From IMG/VR virus record IMGVR_UViG_3300009159_000050, positions 1 to 64,000 of that record: a stretch of 64,000 nucleotides of DNA. One strand, given 5' to 3'. A program made the position numbers and the translations under genes. Position 1 is the stretch's first letter. Each line of letters begins with the position of its first letter. Origin of the DNA: a virus. Positions 35,627 through 43,561 of the stretch are shown piece after piece. Below the pieces are notes generated by a model. The model saw only the letters and a list, made by a program, of their open reading frames with translations, ran no database searches and was not told the DNA's origin.

Positions 35627-35636
35627 TTTTTACCCC

Positions 35637-35999
35637 TTAGTATCTAAAAATTCCGACTTCAACATTATTTTTTTCTGCAGTTGTAACAAGTCTTGATATA
35701 GCCTGCTTTGGCTTACCCAAAAATGCAAGGTAGTTTACACTAGATATGTTTTCTTCAACCCAGGAAGCAGGTACCTTATAGAACCTGATCTTTCTTCCAC
35801 GAGACTTCATGCCTCTTTCTGATAGATTGCAAAACTCAGAAACAAAAGAATTTACTGAAGCTGGACCAGCAGAATAAACGGTAAATTCTTTATCTCCATC
35901 CTGCATTCCAGAAAGAGCGACGCTCATAGCACGAAGAAAGACTTGATAACTATTAAAGTCAGCCGTTCCATGTACTGCTACTATCATCAGAATTTCCAT
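35637..35999 (-). CDS. YspA/SLOG-like protein
   Basis: IVAVHGT.DF..Y..F N-terminal pattern. Confidence 0.5.
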   Translation of the reverse strand: MEILMIVAVHGTADFNSYQVFLRAMSVALSGMQDGDKEFTVYSAGPASVNSFVSEFCNLSERGMKSRGRKIRFYKVPASWVEENISSVNYLAFLGKPKQAISRLVTTAEKNNVEVGIFRY

Positions 36000-36378
36000 T
36001 CTTTAAGCTATCCAGTATGAATAGCATCTTATCAATATCCCGCTTTGACATATTGTTTGTGTCAACTGGCCTAACAGTGTCTGAGTCTACTTCCCCATCT
36101 ACTGCGTCTGCTACATAAAACATATTTTTATGTACCCAGTATGCGCTATCTTCTATTATCAGTACCTTAACACTATTGTCACGAACATGTTTTCTTGATT
36201 GAGAAAGCATTTTAGGTACTTCAAAAAGATCTTTTGGCAAAAAGTTTTTTACTATTTGATGAATACTACTTTGAGTATAAACAAGTTTAGAAAAATACTT
36301 TTTACGCTTTTTTACTACTATTATAAGTATAGACGATACGGCTATGAATGTCAAGCCAATAGTTAAGGCTAGTATCAT
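35959..36378 (-). CDS. membrane-anchored hypothetical protein
   Basis: N-terminal TM. Confidence 0.5.
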   Translation of the reverse strand: MILALTIGLTFIAVSSILIIVVKKRKKYFSKLVYTQSSIHQIVKNFLPKDLFEVPKMLSQSRKHVRDNSVKVLIIEDSAYWVHKNMFYVADAVDGEVDSDTVRPVDTNNMSKRDIDKMLFILDSLKNGNSDDSSSTWNG

Positions 36379-36381
36379 CTT

Positions 36382-36738
36382 TTACCCTTTAAAATTAAAT
36401 GGGCTGCTTTGCCAAAACTTCTTTTCTCTTTCAACAATGGCACGGCTCCATGAAAATCCTGCATCTCCACCCCAGGCATCCCACATTATTCTTCCGTTAG
36501 AAGGAAATTCTGGACCATCGTAAAAGCCTTTTCCTTTTTTATCAACTTCATGACGAGAGAAAAATGAATACATTCTCTTAACAGTATCAAGAGACATTGA
36601 AGATCCATTAACTATGTCTGTTGCACGACCCCAACCTACAGGTGTTCCAGCTCCAGTAGCCTTTCCATCTTCTTTCCACTTCAAAGCACGACGTGCTGCA
36701 GATTTCATGCCATCATTTGGTTTGTATGTATCAGCCAT
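36382..36738 (-). CDS. conserved phage protein (head-morphogenesis-associated domain)
   Basis: GTPVGWGRA...RMYSFFSRH...GRIMWDAWGGD. Confidence 0.55.
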   Translation of the reverse strand: MADTYKPNDGMKSAARRALKWKEDGKATGAGTPVGWGRATDIVNGSSMSLDTVKRMYSFFSRHEVDKKGKGFYDGPEFPSNGRIMWDAWGGDAGFSWSRAIVEREKKFWQSSPFNFKG

Positions 36739-37487
36739 TATTTATTAAACTTTCTTGGATCAAACTTCCCACTCCAAAGATCTAAACTAATTGATTTTTC
36801 AGAACTATAGGTTCCACCACGACGCTTGTATTCTTGCACAACCCAAGCATTTGCAACGGCAGAAGGATAAACATCAAACTTATCTTTTGCTGCTTGAACT
36901 ACTGCTGCATACAACTTTGGATTTGAAGGTTTTGATCCACCAGATCTTGGTTTAATTATTTCTGCATAGTTTGGTTTTTCTGCTTTACCAACTGCATTAT
37001 CGTATGCATCCATAGATGGCACTGTATCTGGTTCTGCAACTAGTTGTCCATCAACAATCATTGCTTCTGCATCTAATGGCAATGGTGCAATTTTTGTTGC
37101 TTCTTCTGCAGCAACTGAAACCAAATACATTGTTTCTTCCCAGTACTGTCCGTCTGACTCAAATTCTAAAGTTCTTACAACCAGTGCTGGCTTATCTGGT
37201 GATGTTTCAAGATAATATTCAGATCCAGGAATTCCTGAAGCGCCAGTAGTCATTACATATTCAACACGACCAACATGTATTTCATCTTCACAAGAAACAA
37301 TAACGAAATCGCCCTCTTTAAAAGAAGTCATAGCTTTACCTATATTTCCTTCAGAACGGTTAATAGCATAAATCTGTCCTGCAGCTTCTTTTGCTGTCTT
37401 ATGGCATCCCATTACTTCTCCACCCTCTTTTACAGCAGGGTATCCTGAACATCCATAAGAGCCTTTGGCTCCAACCTTATATGGCAT
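36738..37487 (-). CDS. multidomain phage protein
   Basis: GCHKT..A..QI.A N-terminal domain; YPSAVANAWVVQEYKRRGG C-terminal domain. Confidence 0.5.
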   Translation of the reverse strand: MPYKVGAKGSYGCSGYPAVKEGGEVMGCHKTAKEAAGQIYAINRSEGNIGKAMTSFKEGDFVIVSCEDEIHVGRVEYVMTTGASGIPGSEYYLETSPDKPALVVRTLEFESDGQYWEETMYLVSVAAEEATKIAPLPLDAEAMIVDGQLVAEPDTVPSMDAYDNAVGKAEKPNYAEIIKPRSGGSKPSNPKLYAAVVQAAKDKFDVYPSAVANAWVVQEYKRRGGTYSSEKSISLDLWSGKFDPRKFNK

Positions 37488-37517
37488 AATTAACCTCCCA
37501 GTTATACTCTGATTATA

Positions 37518-37862
37518 TCAGAGTTCTTGTGAATCTATAACCCTCTTAAGCTCCCTCAAAGACCATATTTCTTCTTTGGACAGCTTTACTACCTCATCTT
37601 CATCGTAATATTTATCATTTATATTTATTAGTGGGTCGTCACTGAAGAAGTCTATATCTACAAAACCCTTTTGCCAAAGAGACATTAGCTCATCATTAAC
37701 AAAGCTAAGGTGTTCATCATATAGGTCTGGCATAAGGTCTTTAATCTTTGATGTAATAGAATATAGCATTTCTCCAGTTTCTGGATCAATACCAGCAAAT
37801 TCTATACCGCCCTCAAGTATAAGATTATCTACTACCTTGCTTATCTCTTCATCGTCAAACAT
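37518..37862 (-). CDS. hypothetical protein
   Basis: acidic ORF. Confidence 0.55.
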   Translation of the reverse strand: MFDDEEISKVVDNLILEGGIEFAGIDPETGEMLYSITSKIKDLMPDLYDEHLSFVNDELMSLWQKGFVDIDFFSDDPLININDKYYDEDEVVKLSKEEIWSLRELKRVIDSQEL

Positions 37863-38106
37863 TTACAAAGTCCAAGAAATCTTCACGATTTTTTGCACCA
37901 TTCATTCTTTTAACTTCTATTCCATCTTCAATTAAAATATATGTAGGTACAGACTTAATTCCAAACTGTTCTAGAAGCTCTAACTCCGTGTCTGCATCAA
38001 TATATATAAAATCAATTAATCCATCACGCTTTAATTCGTCCGCTACGGGCCTTGTTCTTTCACAAGATTGGCACCAGTCAGCAGTAAAATACAAGACATG
38101 TCTCAC
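37855..38106 (-). CDS. thioredoxin
   Basis: FTADWCQSC, SVPT. Confidence 0.85.
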   Translation of the reverse strand: MRHVLYFTADWCQSCERTRPVADELKRDGLIDFIYIDADTELELLEQFGIKSVPTYILIEDGIEVKRMNGAKNREDFLDFVNV

Positions 38107-38510
38107 TTGCCAGACTTCTTTCTAGCCTTTGCAAGCACTCCAAAGTCTTTAACCTTAGTATCTCCAAGGTATCCCCATGCATAACCATCGTTGATCATCA
38201 TGTCATTAAGGGACACTGTGTCTCCATTTATATATACCCAGCCCAGAATGCGACCATACTTTTCAGATGAATCCATCTTCTCAGTCTTAATTACAACAGA
38301 CTTAGCATCCTTCAGAGACTTCTTTAGGTACTCCTTGGCTTCAAGACCAAGAGCTTTCTCAGCAAGATCTTTTGTGCGAGATTCTGGGGTATCAATACCA
38401 GCCAGTCTTACACGGGATGCAAATAGAATGTCAAACCCTAAATCAATAAGAACATCAATGGTATCTCCATCTACAACATTCTCTACTTTTCTAACGTAAT
38501 ATTCATACAT
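38103..38510 (-). CDS. thermonuclease (SNase-like)
   Basis: VVDGDT, RLAGIDTPE, KYGRILG. Confidence 0.9.
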   Translation of the reverse strand: MYEYYVRKVENVVDGDTIDVLIDLGFDILFASRVRLAGIDTPESRTKDLAEKALGLEAKEYLKKSLKDAKSVVIKTEKMDSSEKYGRILGWVYINGDTVSLNDMMINDGYAWGYLGDTKVKDFGVLAKARKKSGK

Positions 38511-38650
38511 TTACTTTGATCCCTTTGCTCTTTGTCCTCTATAGCCAGTCTTCTTAATATTCATTGATCCAGGCTTCTTCTGACCATTGGCATATGTTCC
38601 TGCTTGTCTTTGAGCTAATGCTCTTTGCATTTTGTCTAGATGTTTTCCCA

Positions 38651-38905
38651 TTAGTAATCTTTCCCCTTTGCTTTATTTTCAATTAACTTATCACGTTCAT
38701 CAACTATGCTAATCATAAAAGACATCATTTTCTTGTATCCTTCTGGGTTATCCATAATCTTATTGTAATGGTGCCCACAGAAGAGTAGGTCTCCATTTAT
38801 CCCAGAAACCTTGACTAGAGCTTCTGCTGCACATGAGTCACATCTATCTGTTGCTTTAAGAACCCACTCTTTAGTTTCTACAGGGGTATCAATCATAGTA
38901 CTCAT
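38651..38905 (-). CDS. actinobacterial small zinc-binding protein
   Basis: DRCDSC.A.A...LLFCGHH. Confidence 0.65.
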   Translation of the reverse strand: MSTMIDTPVETKEWVLKATDRCDSCAAEALVKVSGINGDLLFCGHHYNKIMDNPEGYKKMMSFMISIVDERDKLIENKAKGKDY

Positions 38906-38912
38906 ATTATAC

Positions 38913-39098
38913 CTACTTCTTTCTATTATCTGTGGAATAAAATCCACTGCCGTTAAAAACTGCACCTACATTAGAGTATACACGAACCAGTCTATGGTTG
39001 CAAGTTTCACAAACATACCCTGGGTCAGAATCATTAATTGATCTTTCTTTAACAAATCTAACACCACAGGGCATACAGTCGTATTCATATAGAGCCAT
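38913..39098 (-). CDS. FmdB family zinc-ribbon regulatory protein
   Basis: YEYDC..CG...C..C...FNGSGFYSTD. Confidence 0.85.
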   Translation of the reverse strand: MALYEYDCMPCGVRFVKERSINDSDPGYVCETCNHRLVRVYSNVGAVFNGSGFYSTDNRKK

Positions 39099-39102
39099 TA
39101 TT

Positions 39103-39723
39103 TTACCTATCCTGGAGAAATGTAACTATGGCATATTTGGTTCCAGATTCTACTGGATGAGCAATATGTCCATATGCATAGTTTGATGGGAAAAGCATTA
39201 GTGTTCCAGCTTTAGGTTTAATTTTTATCTTAAAGTTAGGGAACTCAATTTCACCACCAGTATAGTCATCATTTAAATATATTAAAACAGAAATACTTCT
39301 CTTGCTTTCAGTATCTCCGTCATAGTGATACTTATACTCTTCTCCGCTAGAATATTTTAAAAGACTGTAAGGCTCAACGTCTTTAATGTCTGCCTCTATT
39401 TTGAACATACCTTTATAGTTATGCACTGCTGAAGATATTAACTCATAGGATCTATTGTTTATTTGTCTAAATACTTCATTAGATCTTGCAGCCTTTGTTA
39501 TATATAACCCAGAACTTGTCCTAATTGACTGAACAGTACCGCTTCCAGACTGCATATCTCCATTTGTCTGTGATGGAATAAATCTAACATTTGAATCAAT
39601 GTCAGAAGTAAGCTCTAAAACTTCACTAATTGTTTTTTCGTGATCCGTCCAGACACCCTCATAAACAGCTATAGCCCCTCCAACAACGTATGTCGGATTT
39701 ATTGGAAATGAGTTTATATACAT
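39103..39723 (-). CDS. 2OG-Fe(II) oxygenase (prolyl-4-hydroxylase-like)
   Basis: HYD, YLNDDYTGGE, FPS...H...V..GTKY. Confidence 0.9.
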   Translation of the reverse strand: MYINSFPINPTYVVGGAIAVYEGVWTDHEKTISEVLELTSDIDSNVRFIPSQTNGDMQSGSGTVQSIRTSSGLYITKAARSNEVFRQINNRSYELISSAVHNYKGMFKIEADIKDVEPYSLLKYSSGEEYKYHYDGDTESKRSISVLIYLNDDYTGGEIEFPNFKIKIKPKAGTLMLFPSNYAYGHIAHPVESGTKYAIVTFLQDR

Positions 39724-39923
39724 TACTTTATTTTTTTCCCAAATTTAGCCCATACTCTTTCATGCAAGAAATAGCCAAGCGCTTCCCATCCAATGTAAAT
39801 AAGAGCGCCAAGGCTTGCATACTCCCATTCACCAGTAAACAGATAGATTACACCAGCAACACCAACCAAGTGAAATGTTTCCCAGCTTAATGTTTTAAGT
39901 AGGGTCCTTTTGGTTGAGTCCAT
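39723..39923 (-). CDS. DUF2061 family membrane protein
   Basis: RTLLKTLSW...YFLHERVW. Confidence 0.75.
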   Translation of the reverse strand: MDSTKRTLLKTLSWETFHLVGVAGVIYLFTGEWEYASLGALIYIGWEALGYFLHERVWAKFGKKIK

Positions 39924-40582
39924 TATAGTGCCACCTTAGATCCCTTGCCACCACCAGATGATTTCTTTGCTGCTGCATTCTTTGCTACTGCATTCTTTGC
40001 TGCTGGCTTAACAGCAGGTGCGTTTGCAACTGGTGATGCCAACTTATTTAGTAGTGGAACGCTTTCCTCGCCAGTATAAACTGGACGGCCCCAACCAACT
40101 ACTCCATTAATTAACTTCTTCTTGTTGTTCTTTACGTATGCACGAGTCTTCTCTACACACATGCCACCATTGCGCTGGTCTCCCTTTGCAGTTCCTGAAG
40201 TGTTTCCTTCAATAACTTGAATTGTTCCATCGCCGTTGTTCTTAATGCAAATGCCAACATGTGAAATACGATTTACACCATCCTCTGGGAAATCAAAATA
40301 AATCCAGTCTCCCGCAGTGGGCTCATCATTACGAGCATCTGCCCAGCGATCATTCTTCTTAAACCAGTCCGATGCTGCTATAGTTGAAGCAGACTTTGGA
40401 TACTTGTTTGGGTTCATGCCTGATGTAAATGCACACCAAGAAACAAATGACTGGCACCATGGTTGAAAATTCATTCCCGTCCACTTTCCATATTTTGTTT
40501 CGTTATCTTTAGGACCTTCAATGGTTCCAACTTCTGCTTTTGCAATATTAACAATTGCCTCTAAGCTACCCTTTACTGACAT
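39923..40582 (-). CDS. CHAP-domain endolysin
   Basis: PWCQSFVSW, SHVGI, IEGNT. Confidence 0.85.
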   Translation of the reverse strand: MSVKGSLEAIVNIAKAEVGTIEGPKDNETKYGKWTGMNFQPWCQSFVSWCAFTSGMNPNKYPKSASTIAASDWFKKNDRWADARNDEPTAGDWIYFDFPEDGVNRISHVGICIKNNGDGTIQVIEGNTSGTAKGDQRNGGMCVEKTRAYVKNNKKKLINGVVGWGRPVYTGEESVPLLNKLASPVANAPAVKPAAKNAVAKNAAAKKSSGGGKGSKVAL

Positions 40583-40619
40583 TTTTTCCTCCTGTTAGTT
40601 ATTACATTCTATTATATCA

Positions 40620-40895
40620 CTATGAAGCCTTATCCGTCAAACGATTGTGAGTTCTTATTCTATGACAATTAGCACAGACTACTTCACATTTTGATATTTC
40701 TTTTTTGATGGCTGCCCAAGAAAATCCATTGTGAATCATTCTAGATATATTATATTTTTTATCTTTTAGATGATCAAAATCTAAAACTATATGATTACAT
40801 TCTCCACAGTCAACACACCCACTAGCCTCTTTAATTTCTTTCAGACGCTGTTTGAATTGCTGTTTATTATAAACTGCCAATTCTTTTTCTGACAT
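40620..40895 (-). CDS. HNH endonuclease
   Basis: CVDCG, LDFDH, KCEVVCANCHRIRTH. Confidence 0.85.
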   Translation of the reverse strand: MSEKELAVYNKQQFKQRLKEIKEASGCVDCGECNHIVLDFDHLKDKKYNISRMIHNGFSWAAIKKEISKCEVVCANCHRIRTHNRLTDKAS

Positions 40896-40917
40896 GGTTT
40901 TATAATTATACACCTAA

Positions 40918-41007
40918 ATGTTGTGCCCCACACAGGTATTCCAGGCACAATAGCCACGGTCATATAAATGGGTAACTAAACCATCTCTAAGGTCCTGTGT
41001 GGGGACA
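40918..41007 (-). ncRNA. candidate structured small RNA
   Basis: 11-bp closing stem CCCCACACAGG/CCTGTGTGGGG, two internal hairpins, TACAAT just upstream. Confidence 0.45.
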
Positions 41008-41018
41008 TTTATATTGTA

Positions 41019-41432
41019 CTACTTGATTTTAATTGACTTAGGCTTTTTTTCTTCAGGGACAATGCGATCAATATTTATATTTAACATACCGTCCTTAAGT
41101 TCAGCTCCAGTCACTTCCATGTATTCACCAAGAGCAAACGATCTTACAAATTTACGGCTTGCAATGCCCTTGTGAACTACCTCAGCATCAGTTACATCTG
41201 TAATCTCACCCTTAATAATAAGTGTTCCATTATCTACTGAGACATCAATATCTTCTTTTGAAAACCCTGCAATTGCAAGGGTAATTCTATATGTATCTTC
41301 ATCTAGTTTAAGAAGATCATATGGAGGATATGATTGCGAGTTTGTTTTGTGTGCGCTATTTAAGCGACCTAGATCCCTATTGAATCCAATAAAAAAAGGA
41401 TCATTGAATAGATCCATCATTGTTGTTACCAT
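41019..41432 (-). CDS. Hsp20 small heat shock protein
   Basis: YPPYD, AIAGF, HKGIASRKF, A.LKDGML. Confidence 0.9.
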   Translation of the reverse strand: MVTTMMDLFNDPFFIGFNRDLGRLNSAHKTNSQSYPPYDLLKLDEDTYRITLAIAGFSKEDIDVSVDNGTLIIKGEITDVTDAEVVHKGIASRKFVRSFALGEYMEVTGAELKDGMLNINIDRIVPEEKKPKSIKIK

Positions 41433-41501
41433 TTTATTCCCCTTTCAAGCGAATAAGTTAATGTACCCCCGTAGGCAGTACAATACTATTATACCAAACT
41501 T

Positions 41502-41575
41502 TGGAGCGAATAGCGGGAATCAAACCCGCACATTAACCTTGGCAAGGTTACGCACTATCACTATGCAATATCCGC
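41502..41575 (-). tRNA. tRNA-Gly(GCC), non-canonical D and T loops
   Basis: TAACC-TTGCCAA-GGTTA; CCA end; TTTGA T-loop. Confidence 0.7.
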
Positions 41576-41579
41576 ACTG

Positions 41580-41652
41580 CTGGTCTGGCAAGATTTGAAC
41601 TTGCGACATGGGCATTAACAGTGCCCCGCTCTGCCAGCTGAGCTACAGACCA
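41580..41652 (-). tRNA. tRNA-Asn(GUU)
   Basis: GGGCA-CTGTTAA-TGCCC; GTTCAAAT. Confidence 0.9.
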
Positions 41653-41662
41653 AAACCTCTTA

Positions 41663-41884
41663 CTATGATTCTTTTATTTTAAACACTACTTGGCAGGGAT
41701 CTCCGCCTTCTTCCCATTCTTTCATTTCTTCTTCAGTCATGTAGGAATCTCCATCATGGGTATTGCAGAATGGTTCTGTTATCCATCCCCTATCAATTCC
41801 ATTTTCAATCCAGATATCAAACTCATTAAAGTCTGATTCTTTGTTTTGAATGTCCTTTAAAATTTCATCAAATTCATCGCTCAT
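41663..41884 (-). CDS. acidic hypothetical protein
   Basis: leaderless; GW...FC.THDG...GGDPC. Confidence 0.55.
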   Translation of the reverse strand: MSDEFDEILKDIQNKESDFNEFDIWIENGIDRGWITEPFCNTHDGDSYMTEEEMKEWEEGGDPCQVVFKIKES

Positions 41885-41896
41885 ATATAAAGTATA

Positions 41897-42487
41897 CTAA
41901 ACAATTAATTCTTTGTCAACTGGTATAGAAAGTATCCATGTAGGTAAACAATAACGAACCTTATCTCCACTTACAGTTTTTACTTCATGAAGATATTTTT
42001 CTCCAGTTTTAAATATCATTAGTGAGCCAGAAGATGGTTTAATTTTTATATTAAGGTTTACAAATGACAGTTCTCCACCTTCATAATCATCATTTAAATA
42101 AATAACAGTTGCGTAATCTTTATTTAAATTATTAAAAGCATCATATGTTTCATCTATATGAGCATTCATATTATCTTCAGGGCGCTGTCTAAGAATTCTA
42201 CCTAGGCCATGAATTATAGAACCTGGTATAAGAAATAAAAGTTTATTAAATTTATCTCTAGCCATAGCTGCTATGTGTTCATTGTTGTAGTCATAAAACT
42301 TGTTATTCCAGTCTAAAGATTGAAAGTTGTTTAACTTTGTCCAGTCTTCTTCTGAAGTCTTATCTATAATGTTAGTAAATATCTCTAACTCATCCTTAGA
42401 TAAAAAATTTGGAATATAAAATATGTTATCCTCAAGTTTTTCAACATCTATAAATCCACATTGATCAAGAAGCTCTAAACTTATCAT
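41897..42487 (-). CDS. 2OG-Fe(II) oxygenase
   Basis: HID, YLNDDYEGGEL, HEV...G...RY. Confidence 0.85.
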   Translation of the reverse strand: MISLELLDQCGFIDVEKLEDNIFYIPNFLSKDELEIFTNIIDKTSEEDWTKLNNFQSLDWNNKFYDYNNEHIAAMARDKFNKLLFLIPGSIIHGLGRILRQRPEDNMNAHIDETYDAFNNLNKDYATVIYLNDDYEGGELSFVNLNIKIKPSSGSLMIFKTGEKYLHEVKTVSGDKVRYCLPTWILSIPVDKELIV

Positions 42488-43011
42488 TATAAACTAACCA
42501 CATCTACTGGACCCATGCAGGATGGGCTAAATCTAATTGCTGCAGATACCGCAGATACTACACGGTTTCTTGCATTCTTTTGCTTATCTGTTGCATACAA
42601 AACTCCATAAGCATACTCAGCTCCAGAACCCATAGACAAATATGGCAGGGTATACTTAGATAAAGACATATCAGCAGAACTATGCTCATATATCTCACCA
42701 CGAATAGCAATAATTAAACCAAGGTCTCCATCTTTAGATGTATCAACCCAGAACTCATTATAAAATTCACGAAGCTCTTTGATAAACCTAGTCTGCATAA
42801 ACTTATCAGTATCTTTAATGTTTGGGGGTGTTGGTTTAAAGTTATAACGGATTCTTTCTCCGTCCATTGATCCAGCATACCCAATGAGATAAGGGCCTAT
42901 CTTCCAAACCTTTGGAGCATCAAGTGCTAATATAGTTCCATCATCTGAGGCACCACGATCTCCAGCCATGTAGATTTTATCTTCATGCTTTAACACAACA
43001 ATACAGGTCAT
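42487..43011 (-). CDS. HslV/proteasome-beta-like Ntn hydrolase
   Basis: N-terminal T nucleophile (MTCI), GD, K, GSGAEYAYG. Confidence 0.75.
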   Translation of the reverse strand: MTCIVVLKHEDKIYMAGDRGASDDGTILALDAPKVWKIGPYLIGYAGSMDGERIRYNFKPTPPNIKDTDKFMQTRFIKELREFYNEFWVDTSKDGDLGLIIAIRGEIYEHSSADMSLSKYTLPYLSMGSGAEYAYGVLYATDKQKNARNRVVSAVSAAIRFSPSCMGPVDVVSL

Positions 43012-43088
43012 GCAGAAACCCCTTCCAAACCGATATACTTAAGTATACCATTGGCTAGGAAGGGGTGTCAAGTAAGGCTAGATAATGA

Positions 43089-43373
43089 CTAATTAGCCTT
43101 TTTGTCTACCGTTTTAAACGCATCATTGATTTCTGCCAATGTGAGTTTTCCATCGTCCAAAAAAGCTCTTGCCAACCTTTCAATAACAGTGGCTACGCCA
43201 AGTAGCCCTGCAAGCATCACTGCCTGAATAGTGTCAATTCCTACTACTGCTCCAGCACCAAGTACTGATAAGCCAGAAGCGGCGAAGACTGCTATAATTC
43301 TCATTAAAATATTGGTTATTGCTTTTTGTGGGTGCTCTTTTTTAGGAGCCTCTACTACTTTTTTAACTGCCAT
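43089..43373 (-). CDS. two-TM membrane protein
   Basis: hydrophobic helices; DDGKLTLAEINDAF. Confidence 0.55.
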   Translation of the reverse strand: MAVKKVVEAPKKEHPQKAITNILMRIIAVFAASGLSVLGAGAVVGIDTIQAVMLAGLLGVATVIERLARAFLDDGKLTLAEINDAFKTVDKKAN

Positions 43374-43561
43374 TATTCATCTCCATATTCTTTATTTCTA
43401 ATAGGACTAGTTAGTATCCAAAGTGTGGTAGTGGCTATAATTCCATAACCAACAATAGTCTTTGCGCTACCGTCCAGAACAACCCAGGCAATAAACATTC
43501 CAAGAAGAGTCCATGCCTGATCTACTAGGTCTTTCATTATATTTTTTACTATTCTTACCAT
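43373..43561 (-). CDS. two-TM membrane protein
   Basis: WTLLGMFIAWVVL. Confidence 0.55.
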   Translation of the reverse strand: MVRIVKNIMKDLVDQAWTLLGMFIAWVVLDGSAKTIVGYGIIATTTLWILTSPIRNKEYGDE

